Below the pieces are notes generated by a model. The model saw nothing but the letters and a program-made list of their open reading frames with translations, made no database searches and had not been told where the DNA came from. A DNA stretch of 64,000 nt from Trueperaceae bacterium (GTDB lineage: Bacteria > Deinococcota > Deinococci > Deinococcales > Trueperaceae), in the NCBI GenBank assembly GCA_963668485.1, contig OY764543.1:493493-557492 (forward strand), written 5' to 3'. Below are positions 39,242 to 49,924 of this stretch, piece after piece. Every line of letters begins with the position of its first letter. The first letter of the stretch is position 1. The translations under genes were made by a program, and so were the position numbers.

Positions 39242-39583
39242 TTGGGAGTGATGAAACGGGTGAGCGCCGAGATCTTCGAGAGCGTCCGATCAAGAGGGGC
39301 TACGGCATTTGACGCCCGGCCGGCAAGTACGTCGGAACGAGATCCGATCCCGGACTTACCCCCCCTCCCGCCGGAGGATGTGCAGGCAGGCTGCCTCCCC
39401 GACCTCCCTAAGGATGAGCCCGTATACTTGATCTGCGACCGGGGACTCTACAGCGAACTAGTAGGCCTCTACCTTGAGGCGGCTGGTTTCCGCGAGATCT
39501 ATAATGTGGTCGGTGGTCTCCTTGCCTGGCGTACGTACCGGCACCTCAAGGGCTCCATGCCTGGTAGAGTTGATTGTCGATGA
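39242..39583 (+). CDS. Rhodanese-domain protein (single domain). The start may be the ATG at 39251.
   Basis: ...VYLICDRGLYSELVGLYLEAAGF...NVVGGLLAW... shows the rhodanese fold with a putative active-site Cys. Confidence 0.6.
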   Translation: MGVMKRVSAEIFESVRSRGATAFDARPASTSERDPIPDLPPLPPEDVQAGCLPDLPKDEPVYLICDRGLYSELVGLYLEAAGFREIYNVVGGLLAWRTYRHLKGSMPGRVDCR

Positions 39584-40778
39584 AGGTCTGGAGTTGAGCG
39601 TCTCCGAAGATGGTGATTGCAGTCGAAACGGTTTGTCCAGGCTCAACCCTGCGGTCTAGGACTGTGCGTTCACCACCGTTATCCACGATGACGAGGCGAA
39701 GGTTGAACTCTCGGGTGATGCCGACTTGGTGTGGGTCGAAGGTGAAGGGGACGACGCGCCCATTGGTTCGGGAGGGGGACGGGCTCTCTGTCGTCTCTGG
39801 CTGCCTCATGGTGGTGTCTATGGGAGTGAGGAGGAATGCCCCGGCCTCGGAGCTATTCACCACAAGTGTGACCGGAGAACCCGAGAGAGTGTAACCGACC
39901 GGCTCGAAGGCGATCACCCCAGTAGGAGATTCATCAGTCTGGGTGAAGGACACCCGACCGAGCTTGAGCCCCGCCATCCGGAGGAGGCTCTGAGCCCTCC
40001 GGAGGCTGGCCCCTTTTAGGTCTGGGATCGGTACAACAAGGTGACTGGGGAGGGTGTAGGAGAGCGTGATCAGGGTACTCACCGGCACCGTCACTTCCGA
40101 CTCCGGTAGCTGCTGTGTTACTACCCCTAGACGGTCGGAACTGAGGCTTGATGGGAACGCATCTATCTGCCTGAAACCCAGCTCCCGGAGGCGGTTCAAC
40201 GCCTCCTCAAGTTCGATACCGATGAGGTCCGGTACCGACGCCAGCGGCGGCTCAGGCCCGCGACTCACGACTAGGGTGAGTCCCTGGACCCCTTCTATAG
40301 CTGCCCCGGCCTCTGGCTCTTGAGTGATAATGTGGTCGATCAGTTGATCACTGTAGGCGTAGCCCACCTCTATGAGGGATAGATTGAGAGTTGCTGCTGT
40401 CTGGGTAGCCTCGGCCTCGCCCAACCCCACTAGTTGGGGGATGGGTGCCACTTCGGGAGGCGTGTTGACCCCAAGGCTGATGCGTTTGCCGCGCCGGGTC
40501 ACAGTTCCTGGGGGAGGACTTTGGGAGGTCACCTCGTTCGGGCCGGCCCCCACCATCGATTCGGGGTAGGTGCTTACCTCGAATCGAGCAAGCCGGAGGG
40601 TGCGCATCGCGTTCGCTAGGTCGAGGCCGACAACGTCGGGTAGGTCGACCTCCTCGACTTCGAAATACTCATGCATGGAGAGCAGAGCCAAAACTACTAT
40701 AGTGAGCAGGAGGACCGCCACCAGCGTCAGCCTCGTGAGACCGCGTCGCCGGGCTCCTGGACCCACGGCGTGATTCAC
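39546..40778 (-). CDS. PASTA-domain membrane protein without a kinase domain; N-terminal TM, about four PASTA repeats, and a C-terminal domain of unknown function
   Basis: Repeated ...VPDLIGIELEEALNRLRELGF... and ...IPDLKGASLRRAQSLLRMAGLKLG... PASTA units. Confidence 0.65.
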   Translation of the reverse strand: MNHAVGPGARRRGLTRLTLVAVLLLTIVVLALLSMHEYFEVEEVDLPDVVGLDLANAMRTLRLARFEVSTYPESMVGAGPNEVTSQSPPPGTVTRRGKRISLGVNTPPEVAPIPQLVGLGEAEATQTAATLNLSLIEVGYAYSDQLIDHIITQEPEAGAAIEGVQGLTLVVSRGPEPPLASVPDLIGIELEEALNRLRELGFRQIDAFPSSLSSDRLGVVTQQLPESEVTVPVSTLITLSYTLPSHLVVPIPDLKGASLRRAQSLLRMAGLKLGRVSFTQTDESPTGVIAFEPVGYTLSGSPVTLVVNSSEAGAFLLTPIDTTMRQPETTESPSPSRTNGRVVPFTFDPHQVGITREFNLRLVIVDNGGERTVLDRRVEPGQTVSTAITIFGDAQLQTFIDNQLYQAWSP

Positions 40779-41005
40779 GCAGGAAGTCTATCACGGACGA
40801 CTGAAGGTTCGCGAAATCGGGTGCCCCGTACATTGCGTCTGCTAGAATGCAGAACTATGATCGAGATCGCAGGTGCGGTGCCGTCCCTGCCCAAGGCTCT
40901 CGCTCTCTTCTCGAATCCTGCGGTCGATCCGATGGGCATCGTCTGTCCTAGAGTCTCTGAAACTAGTGGGCCGTCGACCGACCGGGCCGGGGAGTAAAGC
41001 TCGCT

Positions 41006-41938
41006 GTGCCGTGGCTCATCGATCGTCCTCTAGATCCTGGATCGGACCTGTGGCTGCAGAGGTTTCTCGGTGAACTCGCTGAGCAACTAGACGATCCAGC
41101 GACCGATCGAGACGATCTCGTCTGTACTATACTCTCCCGTCTCATGTACGCCCGCCCTTACCAGGAGCTCGAGGCTCAGGAGCCGCTGGCGGCGTTTGCG
41201 CTCGACCCCAAGAACGCGACCTTCGAAGCCGAGCACTACGTCGCGACCGATCAGGCCCGCTTTGCTCAGATTAAGCCGCTCCTGTGGTTGTGGAGGTGTG
41301 TCGACTTGACACCTCTGGGACAGTCCCTCTCAACGGGTATTCCCCTGAGGAGGATGTTGGCGAGGCGAGTGTTTGGCAGAGCAGGACGGAACCTGAAGAT
41401 CTTTCCGCACGTCGAGGTCTCGGTGGGATATAACATTGAGGCTGGCGACGATGTGGTCATCCACCGGCATGTCCTCATTGATGATATAGGCGGGGTGGAG
41501 CTCCACGACGGCGCGAGCCTTTCCGATTACGTCAACATCTACTCCCACGCCCACGACATCCTAGAGGCCCCAGATGTCACGCTGAAGCGCACAGTCATCG
41601 GTAGAGGGGTTCGGGTAGCCTATCACGCCACCGTGCTCGCTGGGACCATCCTGTCAGACGACAGCATGTTGGGTGCCATGGCCCTTGCGACGCGCAGTCT
41701 CGAACCCCACGTCCTCGGCTTCGGGATTCCGGCTCGGCCGAGGGTGTGGAAGGAGAGAGGAGGGGATCCGCGGTTCGTATCGCTCGCGGTGGACACCGAG
41801 AGCTTTCCTACCCCGATGGAGGTTCGGGCCAATCCCGATTTCTCCCGTGTGAAAGGGGTGCTCAACGATACCTGTGAGTCAAGGGAGTCGCCTGTGGAGT
41901 GCGACAGACTGACGGTGTCCGACGACTCGCCCGAATAG
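41006..41938 (+). CDS. Hexapeptide-repeat (left-handed beta-helix) acyl/acetyltransferase with N- and C-terminal extensions; the start codon is GTG
   Basis: The LbH repeats ...VSVGYNIEAGDDVVIHRHVLIDDIGGVELHDGASLSDYVNIYS...VIGRGVRVAYHATVLAGTIL... are visible. Confidence 0.6.
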   Translation: MPWLIDRPLDPGSDLWLQRFLGELAEQLDDPATDRDDLVCTILSRLMYARPYQELEAQEPLAAFALDPKNATFEAEHYVATDQARFAQIKPLLWLWRCVDLTPLGQSLSTGIPLRRMLARRVFGRAGRNLKIFPHVEVSVGYNIEAGDDVVIHRHVLIDDIGGVELHDGASLSDYVNIYSHAHDILEAPDVTLKRTVIGRGVRVAYHATVLAGTILSDDSMLGAMALATRSLEPHVLGFGIPARPRVWKERGGDPRFVSLAVDTESFPTPMEVRANPDFSRVKGVLNDTCESRESPVECDRLTVSDDSPE

Positions 41939-42225
41939 AGAGGGACTCTGTGGGATCGATCGTGAAGAGCGCGCGGCCACGGACGTTTGAGAGCTTCGGT
42001 AGGAGACGTATGCCACTGAATCTGCTGGCAAAAGGAGATGGTAATCTCCATGACCGCCCATCCCCGTCACCGGTATAAGGCAGCAGAGCCGTTCCAGACG
42101 GGCTCTTCGGGTCACATGGCTACCTAGGCGACTGGCTCAAGTCCTATCAGAATCAGACTAAAGACGGTTTCGTTGGGCCCGTAGACCCGTAGAGTCCGTT
42201 TTGGGCCTTTTCGCTTCGGGTCCCC

Positions 42226-42504
42226 AAGCTATCTCACTACACCCGCTATCACCAGATCTTACGGAATGCCGAGCGGCTACTGGCCAAGCTCGCTCTATCG
42301 GTACTACCAGCTAACCGGACCCAGCTGATCAACAGCAAACCACTGCCGGTAGCAAAGGGGAAACGCTTCTTCTGGTCGAAGTTTCCAGTGGCCACGAAGG
42401 GGCTGGGCACCATGGGGATGGTATTCGGCTTCAAACCGCACACCTTGACCAACCTTGAGGGACTGTTTGAGAGATGGGCCTTCGCAGGAAAGCAAACGGA
42501 GTGA
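42226..42504 (+). pseudogene. IS982/IS5-superfamily DDE transposase internal fragment. It is preceded at 42100-42245 by a degenerate MITE-terminus-like sequence.
   Basis: ...INSKPLPVAKGKRFFWSKFPVATKGLGTMGMVFGFKPHTL... follows the IS982 D-PLPVC-R...K...YFYGFKxH block. It is 92 aa with no start. Confidence 0.4.
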
Positions 42505-42818
42505 TAAGTCTAGGGTCTGTCTATGTGGTGAACCGAATGGGTGGGCAGTGATGCTCGAACGAAGCAGCGACCTTACCTACGACCAACCTCGGCACACAAG
42601 TTGACATAAAGGCTGGCTTGGCCTGTTCCTTTGCTAGCGGGCCCGACACGCCCCAGTCTCCGCGCACTGTAGGCGTCAGGAACTGTGGGACCGAAGTAGT
42701 ACAGTACACTAGGAAATCATCGTTTGCACCCTCATGGCAAGAATTACGACGGGCGCTGAGTGAAGACTGTAGATCCGCATATGATGCCCACTAGAGACCC
42801 GCTTCAGGAAGGTGCCAC

Positions 42819-45539
42819 ATGGCAGATGTCCTCGACGAAATCCTGAACCTTGACCGGTCTCAGCTCGAGTCGGCTGAGCTGAAGCAGCTTAACGACATTG
42901 AGATGCGCGAGTGGCTCGAGTCGTTGGACTATGTGCTTGCCTCTGGAGGCCCGAAACGGATTGTGGAGATCCTCGTGCGGCTCGAGGGGCACGCCCGTGA
43001 GCGAGGGATCAAGGTCCCCTTCTCCGCTACCACCCCATATATCAACACCATTCCGCCGTCTGAGGAACCCGAATACCCTGGTGATATCGAGGTGGAAAAG
43101 CGGATCTCACGCCTCATCCGCTGGAACGCTATGGCAATGGTTGTGCGCGCCAATAAGTATTCCGATGGTATCGGCGGGCATATCTCCACCTTCGCGTCGG
43201 CCGCCACCTTATACGAGGTTGGCTTCCATCACTTCTTCCGCGGGCCAGGCGCGGGGTTGGACGCCGATCAGGTCTACTTCCAGGGCCACGCGAGCCCTGG
43301 GATCTACGCTCGCAGCTACCTGGAGCGCCGCCTTGATAAGGAGCACCTGCGCAACTTTCGGCGGGAGTTGCAAAGCGATCCGGGGCTGTCGAGTTATCCC
43401 CACCCCTGGCTCATGCCTGACTACTGGCAGTTTCCCTCTGTCTCTATGGGCTTGGCGCCGATCCTGTCGATCTACCAGGCGCGATTCAACCGCTACCTTG
43501 AGGACCGTGGCCTGAAAGGGCCGGGGTCGGGGAAGGTGTGGGCCTTCCTGGGCGACGGTGAGATCGACGAGCCCGAGGCGACCGGTGCCATCAGATTTGC
43601 AGCCCGTGAGCGCCTCGACAACCTCATCTGGGTCATCAACTGTAACCTCCAACGCCTTGATGGTCCGGTCCACGGCAACGGCCAGATCATTCAGGAGTTC
43701 GAGGGTATCTTTCGGGGCGCGGGCTGGAATGTCATTAAGGTCCCATGGGGTAGTAAGTGGGACGAACTGCTCGCAAAGGATCAGGACGGCGCCCTAGTGC
43801 GGCGTTTTGAGGAACTCGTCGACGGGGAGTCGCAGCGCTACGCAGCCTTCGGTGCCCCCGAACTGCGAGAGAGGTTCTTTAACACCCCCGAGTTAAAGAG
43901 ACTCATTGAGGGTTGGAGTAACGAGGATATTGGGCGGCTGAATCGCGGTGGGCACGATCCGATCAAGGTCTATGCGGCTTACCGGCGAGCAGTGGAGCAC
44001 CTAGGTTCCCCCACGGTGGTCCTTACCCGGACTATCAAGGGGTATGGTCTAGGTGAGTCAGCCGAGGGCAAGAATATTACTCACCAGCAGAAGAAGCTGA
44101 ACGAGGAAGAGATGCGGGCCTTCCGTGATCGCTTCAACATCCCCATCAGCGACGATGAGATTGGGTACTACCCCTTCTTCCGGCCTGATGTGGACAGTGA
44201 GGAGTACCGCTACCTCCTCGACCGGCGCGAGTCCCTTGGCGGCTTTCTACCTCAGCGGATCGTCCAAGCCGAACCGATCGAGGCGCCGGTCGAGGGGTTG
44301 TTCGAGGAATTCATGGCGGGCACCGGCAGCCGCGAGGTGTCGACCACGATGGTGTTTGTTTCCATCCTCCGGAAGCTGCTGCGAGACCCCGTGTGGGGCA
44401 AGCTCACGGTCCCCATTATTCCTGATGAGGCCCGCACCTTCGGTATGGAGGCACTCTTCCGTCAGATCGGTATCTACTCCTCGGTGGGGCAGCTTTACGA
44501 GCCGGTTGATCGGGATAACCTGCTCTATTACCGGGAATCGAAAGATGGACAAATCCTCGAGGAGGGTATCACCGAAGCAGGCTCTATGGCCTCGTTCATA
44601 GCTGCCGGCACGGCCTACGCCACGCACGGCGTGAACACGGTCCCCTTTTTCATCTACTATTCCATGTTTGGCTTCCAGCGTATCGGTGATCTGATCTGGC
44701 TCGCCGGTGACATGCGTGCCAGAGGTTTCATGCTGGGGGCGACTGCTGGTCGGACCACCCTAAATGGCGAGGGTTTACAGCACCAGGACGGGCACAGCCA
44801 TGTGCTCGCCTATCCCTACCCCAACGTAAAGGCCTACGACCCGAGCTTTGCGTATGAGATGGCCATCATCATCCGTGAGGGGTTGCGGAAGATGTATGAG
44901 CAGCAGGAGGACCTGCTCTACTACCTCACTATTGAGAACGAGAACTACGCGCAGCCTGCTGCACCCGAAGGGTTAGGCCGGAGGGCGCTCAAGGAGGGGA
45001 TCCTCCGGGGCATCTACCGCTTCCGCACCTCCGACCGCCGATTTCGGACACAGGTGCAGTTGCTCGGTTCGGGCGCCATCATGAACGAGGTGTTAAAGGC
45101 ACAGGAACTGCTCGAGGGCTACAGGGTCGCTGCTGACGTGTGGAGCGTAACCAGTTATAAAGAGCTCCACCGCGATGCACTCGAGGTCGAGCGCTGGAAT
45201 CGGTTGCACCCCACCACCACTCCGCGGACGTCGTTTGTTGCTGATGCGCTTGCCAATGCCCCAGGGGTTCTGGTAGCTGCCTTAGATTACATGAAGATCC
45301 TTCCAGACGCCCTCGCGCGGCACATCCCGAGGCCTCTTGTATCACTTGGTACGGACGGGTTTGGCCGTAGCGAGGGGCGCGAGGAATTGAGGAGCTTCTT
45401 CGAAGTGGATGCTCGGCACATCGTGTTGGCCACGCTCAAGGCACTCGCGGATGCTGGGGAGATTGGGGTCGGAGTAGTCTCGAAAGCGGTAGTGGACCTC
45501 GGGGTCGATCCTGATAAAGTGAGTCCTTACGAGGCATGA
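42819..45539 (+). CDS. aceE: Pyruvate dehydrogenase E1 component, homodimeric type
   Basis: 906 aa, N-terminus MADVLDEILNLDR.... The TPP-binding region (...GDGEIDEPEATGA...) and the overall length are typical of AceE. Confidence 0.9.
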   Translation: MADVLDEILNLDRSQLESAELKQLNDIEMREWLESLDYVLASGGPKRIVEILVRLEGHARERGIKVPFSATTPYINTIPPSEEPEYPGDIEVEKRISRLIRWNAMAMVVRANKYSDGIGGHISTFASAATLYEVGFHHFFRGPGAGLDADQVYFQGHASPGIYARSYLERRLDKEHLRNFRRELQSDPGLSSYPHPWLMPDYWQFPSVSMGLAPILSIYQARFNRYLEDRGLKGPGSGKVWAFLGDGEIDEPEATGAIRFAARERLDNLIWVINCNLQRLDGPVHGNGQIIQEFEGIFRGAGWNVIKVPWGSKWDELLAKDQDGALVRRFEELVDGESQRYAAFGAPELRERFFNTPELKRLIEGWSNEDIGRLNRGGHDPIKVYAAYRRAVEHLGSPTVVLTRTIKGYGLGESAEGKNITHQQKKLNEEEMRAFRDRFNIPISDDEIGYYPFFRPDVDSEEYRYLLDRRESLGGFLPQRIVQAEPIEAPVEGLFEEFMAGTGSREVSTTMVFVSILRKLLRDPVWGKLTVPIIPDEARTFGMEALFRQIGIYSSVGQLYEPVDRDNLLYYRESKDGQILEEGITEAGSMASFIAAGTAYATHGVNTVPFFIYYSMFGFQRIGDLIWLAGDMRARGFMLGATAGRTTLNGEGLQHQDGHSHVLAYPYPNVKAYDPSFAYEMAIIIREGLRKMYEQQEDLLYYLTIENENYAQPAAPEGLGRRALKEGILRGIYRFRTSDRRFRTQVQLLGSGAIMNEVLKAQELLEGYRVAADVWSVTSYKELHRDALEVERWNRLHPTTTPRTSFVADALANAPGVLVAALDYMKILPDALARHIPRPLVSLGTDGFGRSEGREELRSFFEVDARHIVLATLKALADAGEIGVGVVSKAVVDLGVDPDKVSPYEA

Positions 45540-45593
45540 CCGGGGTCGGAGAGGATGGGCCCTCATGCTGGCCCATACTGAAAGGAAGAGCAC

Positions 45594-46895
45594 GTGGCAA
45601 CTGAGATCAGACTCCCTGAGGTGGGCGAGGGTATCGATGGTGGAACGGTCGTCGCCCTACTGGTCGGCGTCGGTGACCGCGTCGAGGTCGACCAACCGGT
45701 GCTGGAGCTTGAGACCGACAAGGCTGTCATTGAGGTTCCGTCTTCGGTGGCTGGCTTGGTCGAGGATGTGCACGTGGAGGTCAACCAAGAGGCTCGGGTC
45801 GGTCAGGTTATCCTGACCCTCGCCGACGATTTGGGAGAGGTGCCTGCCGCCCAGGCCGACGAAGTGGTGCCGGGCGAGACCACCATTGAGGTCGCTTTGC
45901 GCAAAGAGGGAGCGGACCCCTCTCCGGCGGCAACTCAGACCCGTTCCGGGTCGCTAGCGGCAGAGGCGTCTGGCCGCCAGAAGCTGATCCCCGCAGCTCC
46001 ATCGGTCCGGCGGCTAGCGCGGGAGATGGGCGTCGACATCCATGAGGTCGCAGGCTCCGGTATCCTGGATCGCATCTCTGCCCAGGACGTGGTTCGCTAT
46101 GCCGATCATGGGGGTGTTGCCCCGATCGGACCTGTACCTGCGCACCTCCCTGCGTCAGCGCTTAGACTTCCTGATTTCAGTCGTTGGGGAGAGACCGAGC
46201 GGGTTCCGATGTCGGGTATCCGCAAGGCTATGCTCCGAACAATGACCACCGCTTGGTCGAACGTGCCTATGGTCACCCACTTTGACAAGGCTGATATCAC
46301 CTCGTTCGAGGTGTTCCGGAAGCGCCATAGATCGAGGGCTGAGGCGGTTGGGACGAAGTTGACCCCGACCGCCATGATTATCAAGATCGTTGCCACCGCT
46401 CTCAAGCGCTTTCCTGAGTTCAACGCCAGTATCGATGTTGCTGCGGACGAGGTTGTGTACAAGCGCTACGTAAATATCGGGGTGGCTGTGGATACTGAAC
46501 ACGGCCTGTTAGTCCCGGTGATCAAGCAGGCCGATAAGAAGAACGTGATCGAGTTAGCCTTAGAATTGGGGGGGCTTGCGGAGAGGGCCCGAACTCGCAA
46601 ACTCACCCCCGATGAGATGCAGGGAGGCAACTTCAGCGTGTCGAATCTTGGTGGGATCGGTGGGACCGGGTTTACGCCCATTGTCACGCCCCCCGACGTC
46701 GCTATCCTTGGCGTGTCCCGGGGTGAGTTCGAACCGATCTACGATCAGGAGGCGGAGGAGTTCACCCCGCGCTTGGTGATGCCCCTGTCGCTCAGCTACG
46801 ACCATCGGCTTATCGATGGCGCCGGTGCCGCCCGTTTCCTTCGCTGGATCTGCCAGGCTATTGAGGAGCCGTTCCTGATGGTGCTGGAAGGTTGA
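45594..46895 (+). CDS. Dihydrolipoamide acetyltransferase E2 (single lipoyl domain, E3-binding domain, catalytic domain); no E3 gene follows
   Basis: Lipoyl motif ...LELETDKAVIEVPS...; the catalytic-domain end ...LSYDHRLIDGAGAARFL... carries the DHR(x)DG active site. Confidence 0.85.
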   Translation: MATEIRLPEVGEGIDGGTVVALLVGVGDRVEVDQPVLELETDKAVIEVPSSVAGLVEDVHVEVNQEARVGQVILTLADDLGEVPAAQADEVVPGETTIEVALRKEGADPSPAATQTRSGSLAAEASGRQKLIPAAPSVRRLAREMGVDIHEVAGSGILDRISAQDVVRYADHGGVAPIGPVPAHLPASALRLPDFSRWGETERVPMSGIRKAMLRTMTTAWSNVPMVTHFDKADITSFEVFRKRHRSRAEAVGTKLTPTAMIIKIVATALKRFPEFNASIDVAADEVVYKRYVNIGVAVDTEHGLLVPVIKQADKKNVIELALELGGLAERARTRKLTPDEMQGGNFSVSNLGGIGGTGFTPIVTPPDVAILGVSRGEFEPIYDQEAEEFTPRLVMPLSLSYDHRLIDGAGAARFLRWICQAIEEPFLMVLEG

Positions 46896-46975
46896 GTACT
46901 GGCCTCTGATACTTGGTCCTACTGTGGTGGTGCTGCACTCCGTGTTCGTTGGCCCCCATGATAGCATGACGCAGT

Positions 46976-47746
46976 ATGTCGGCTAGCTTGGTGCCCGAGG
47001 GGAGACTTGCGACGGAGCAGGCGTTGACTCTGCGGGCGAGTGGTCTTCTCAAGCGCTATGAGGGTCGCAAGGTCGTCGATGGGGTGGACCTCGAGTTGAG
47101 TGCCGGGGAGATTGTTGCCCTCCTGGGATCCAACGGTGCCGGCAAGACCACTAGCTTCTACATGATGGTCGGGTTCGTAAGGCCCAATGCTGGGCGCATC
47201 CTTCTCGGCGATCAGGATATCACCAACTGGCCTATGCACCAGCGTGCTCGGGCCGGGCTCGGGTACCTGGCACAGGAGCCGAGCGCCTTTCGCAAGATGA
47301 GCGTTCGCGACAACCTGCTGGCCATCCTGGAGTTTCGGGAGCTCAGTCGGTCCGAGCGGGAGCGGCAGGCCGCTATCTTGCTTGAGGAGTTCCACTTGGA
47401 GCACCTAGCGCTGCAGAAGGCGGATACTCTCTCAGGAGGAGAGCGGCGGAGGCTTGAGATTGCCCGCAGCCTCACCACCGATCCCATATTCATCCTGCTT
47501 GACGAGCCCTTTACCGGGGTAGATCCCAAATCGATTCAAGAGATCCAACTGCTCATCGCTGGCCTCCGTGAGCGCCGTGGTCTCGGTGTGTTGCTGACCG
47601 ATCACAGCGTTCGCGAGACGCTGGCCATTGCCGATCGGGTCTACCTGATGTTCGATGGCAAGGTGCGTTTCGAAGGCACCCCCGAAGCGTTCGCTGAAGA
47701 TCATGACGTACGCACCTTCTACCTGGGAAGCGACTTCCAAATCTAA
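46976..47746 (+). CDS. ABC transporter ATP-binding protein, LptB-like
   Basis: 256 aa with Walker [10 protein letters not shown], the signature [13 protein letters not shown], and the C-terminal ...FYLGSDF typical of LptB-type ATPases. Confidence 0.7.
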   Translation: MSASLVPEGRLATEQALTLRASGLLKRYEGRKVVDGVDLELSAGEIVALLGSNGAGKTTSFYMMVGFVRPNAGRILLGDQDITNWPMHQRARAGLGYLAQEPSAFRKMSVRDNLLAILEFRELSRSERERQAAILLEEFHLEHLALQKADTLSGGERRRLEIARSLTTDPIFILLDEPFTGVDPKSIQEIQLLIAGLRERRGLGVLLTDHSVRETLAIADRVYLMFDGKVRFEGTPEAFAEDHDVRTFYLGSDFQI

Positions 47747-47770
47747 TTCTGGATTTGGGGGCGGGAACAT

Positions 47771-49189
47771 ATGACGACTAATATACTTAGCTTGGTGGCT
47801 CTGTTGATCCTGCTGGCCGGGGTCATCGCTTATGCTGGCGACCGTCTAGGCATGCTGGTGGCGCGACACCGCCTCAGCCTCTTCGGCGTCCGGCCTAGGC
47901 ACACCGGTCAGATCGTAGGTGTCGTTGCTGGGATCCTGATCATGCTTACCACCTTTGGAGTCCTCGCGCTGGCCTTCCGCGGGGCCACGCAGATCATCAT
48001 CAACGCGCAGCAGGTGGGGGAGGAGCTCAACCGCCTGCGCGCTGAGCGGAGAACCCTAGAGGCCGACATTCAGAACTTCGAAAAGCAAATCCAGGGTTTG
48101 GAGGATCAACTCGCGCAGATGAGCAGCCAGTTGGGTGGGGCCCAGGTTGCCCTCGACGCAGCTCAGGCGGACCTCGCTAGAGTTCGGACCGACCGCGACG
48201 AGGCCCGTGAGCAGGTTGATCATACCCGCGCCGAGGTGGATTGGCTTCAGGCCGAAGTTGATTCCGTCCGGTGGGAGCTAGAGGAGACTATGGGTCAACT
48301 CGGCGAGCTTGAGTCGCAGCTCAGTGGGACGGAGACCGCCCTTAACGAGTTGAACAGTCAGGCCGAGATCCTGCGTTTGGAGAACGCAGCCCTGCAGGTT
48401 CGCAACGATCAACTGAGCGAGGCCAGCCAAGCCCTAAGCAGACAGAACACCAGCCTTGAGATGCTCAACGATCAACTCCGCACGGAGATTATTGAGGCCA
48501 ACGATCAAGTGGGGGAGCTTAAGGCCAGGGTCGATGGATTCCAAGTGGTTCTTGAAGGGCAGGCGGCTGAGTTGGTCCGTGCGCGAGAACAATTTGAACA
48601 GGTGACCGGTGGTCAGGTGGTCTACACTAGAGACGCCCTCGTTTACAGCGGACTGATTTATGCGACCAACATTGCCTCCGCTCGAGAGGAGCTCTCGCAA
48701 TTCATTCGCTCAGCCAGTGAGGAGACCCTCCTTAAGGGTGCGGGTGAGGTGCGGCTTCGCGCGGACCAGTTCGAGGGCTTAGTCACTGGGATTACGCAGA
48801 CCCCTGGAGTGGATCTGATCCTGCTCGTGTCCCCGCGTAACCAGTTCCGTTCAGAGGACATTGTAGTGTCGGTGGAAGCCCTGCCGAACAGCAAGCTGTT
48901 TGACCGGGGTCAGTTGATCAGTAGCCGCCAGATACATCTTGGTAGCGACGAGTTGCAGGCCAGCCAAGCGGAGATCCGCAATGCACTTGCCCAGTTGGTT
49001 GCTGAAACCCGCGTTCGCCTCACCACCGCTGGCCTGTTTATGCCCGATCTTCCCCAGCTTACCCAATCTGAGGAGAGCTTCTCGAACCAATTGCTCAGGC
49101 TCACCGGTCCTGTAACCATCGGCGTCATTGCCGCGGAGGAGATTTACCGTGCCGGGCCGGCGTTGATCGAAATGTTGATCCTGCACTGA
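47771..49189 (+). CDS. DUF3084-family membrane-anchored long coiled-coil protein
   Basis: 472 aa with an N-terminal TM (...LVALLILLAGVIAYAGDRLGMLVA...), about 200 aa of heptad-rich coiled coil, and a conserved C-terminal region. Confidence 0.55.
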   Translation: MTTNILSLVALLILLAGVIAYAGDRLGMLVARHRLSLFGVRPRHTGQIVGVVAGILIMLTTFGVLALAFRGATQIIINAQQVGEELNRLRAERRTLEADIQNFEKQIQGLEDQLAQMSSQLGGAQVALDAAQADLARVRTDRDEAREQVDHTRAEVDWLQAEVDSVRWELEETMGQLGELESQLSGTETALNELNSQAEILRLENAALQVRNDQLSEASQALSRQNTSLEMLNDQLRTEIIEANDQVGELKARVDGFQVVLEGQAAELVRAREQFEQVTGGQVVYTRDALVYSGLIYATNIASAREELSQFIRSASEETLLKGAGEVRLRADQFEGLVTGITQTPGVDLILLVSPRNQFRSEDIVVSVEALPNSKLFDRGQLISSRQIHLGSDELQASQAEIRNALAQLVAETRVRLTTAGLFMPDLPQLTQSEESFSNQLLRLTGPVTIGVIAAEEIYRAGPALIEMLILH

Positions 49190-49275
49190 ATTTAGGGTCT
49201 AATCATGCGCTGCAATAGCTGCTCAGGTGGCATGATGGGTTTACTGGAAGCCATCTCATTCCCCTCTTGGTGTCC

Positions 49276-49815
49276 GGTCGTAACCTGAGATCATCTCTAC
49301 CCCCCGAAGGGAGGAAACCAGTCCTGGTACCCCCTGCACCAGCTGGCTAGACCGACCTCCAGTAACCGGTCTGGCCCCCAGCAACCATGAGGGCTCAACT
49401 ACAGCCAGGCAGGCCCAACCTCGAGACCCGCAAGATCTACGGACCAGACTAGCTCTGTTACCAGGGGCGGATTCGCACAGGAGAAGCGAGCCCAAGAACT
49501 CTTCCCAAGGGCTGACAAGACCCGTAGAGTCCGGCTTTGGCCTCTTCGGGGCTTCGAGTTGCAGGTCTGGAACAGCGAGGCTAGGAAGAACAGCGGTAGC
49601 GCCCGGACCAGATCGGGAGAGTCTATCCTTGAGGTTCTGGGGACGTAGAGAGTGCTCAGACCATAACTGGAGCCGTGTAGATCCACTCAAGCGGCCTCTA
49701 CCCAACCACAGGGACTGATCCAGCAAATCTGTCCTTCCGATCCGAGCTTGACAACTACTTCCTGACACGTTACCGTTATGAGGATCACCAGGGGTGCCCG
49801 CTTGCGAGTTCTGCA
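49276..49815 (-). mobile_element. MITE-like element, copy C, in the same orientation as copy A; the end beyond ~49782 is divergent or degenerate
   Basis: It begins GGTCGTAACCTGAGATCATCTCTACCCC, and the core 49276-49782 is near-identical to copy A. A degenerate TIR-like CTGACACGTTACCG lies at 49802-49815. Confidence 0.65.
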
Positions 49816-49924
49816 TTGGGCAGAGCGCGCTTGGGCTGAGAGCACACCCTCGAACCTGAACCCGCTAGTACGGGCGTAGGCAGTGTGACCGCCGGTCAGA
49901 ACCCGAGCTTCCTTCCCTGGTGAT

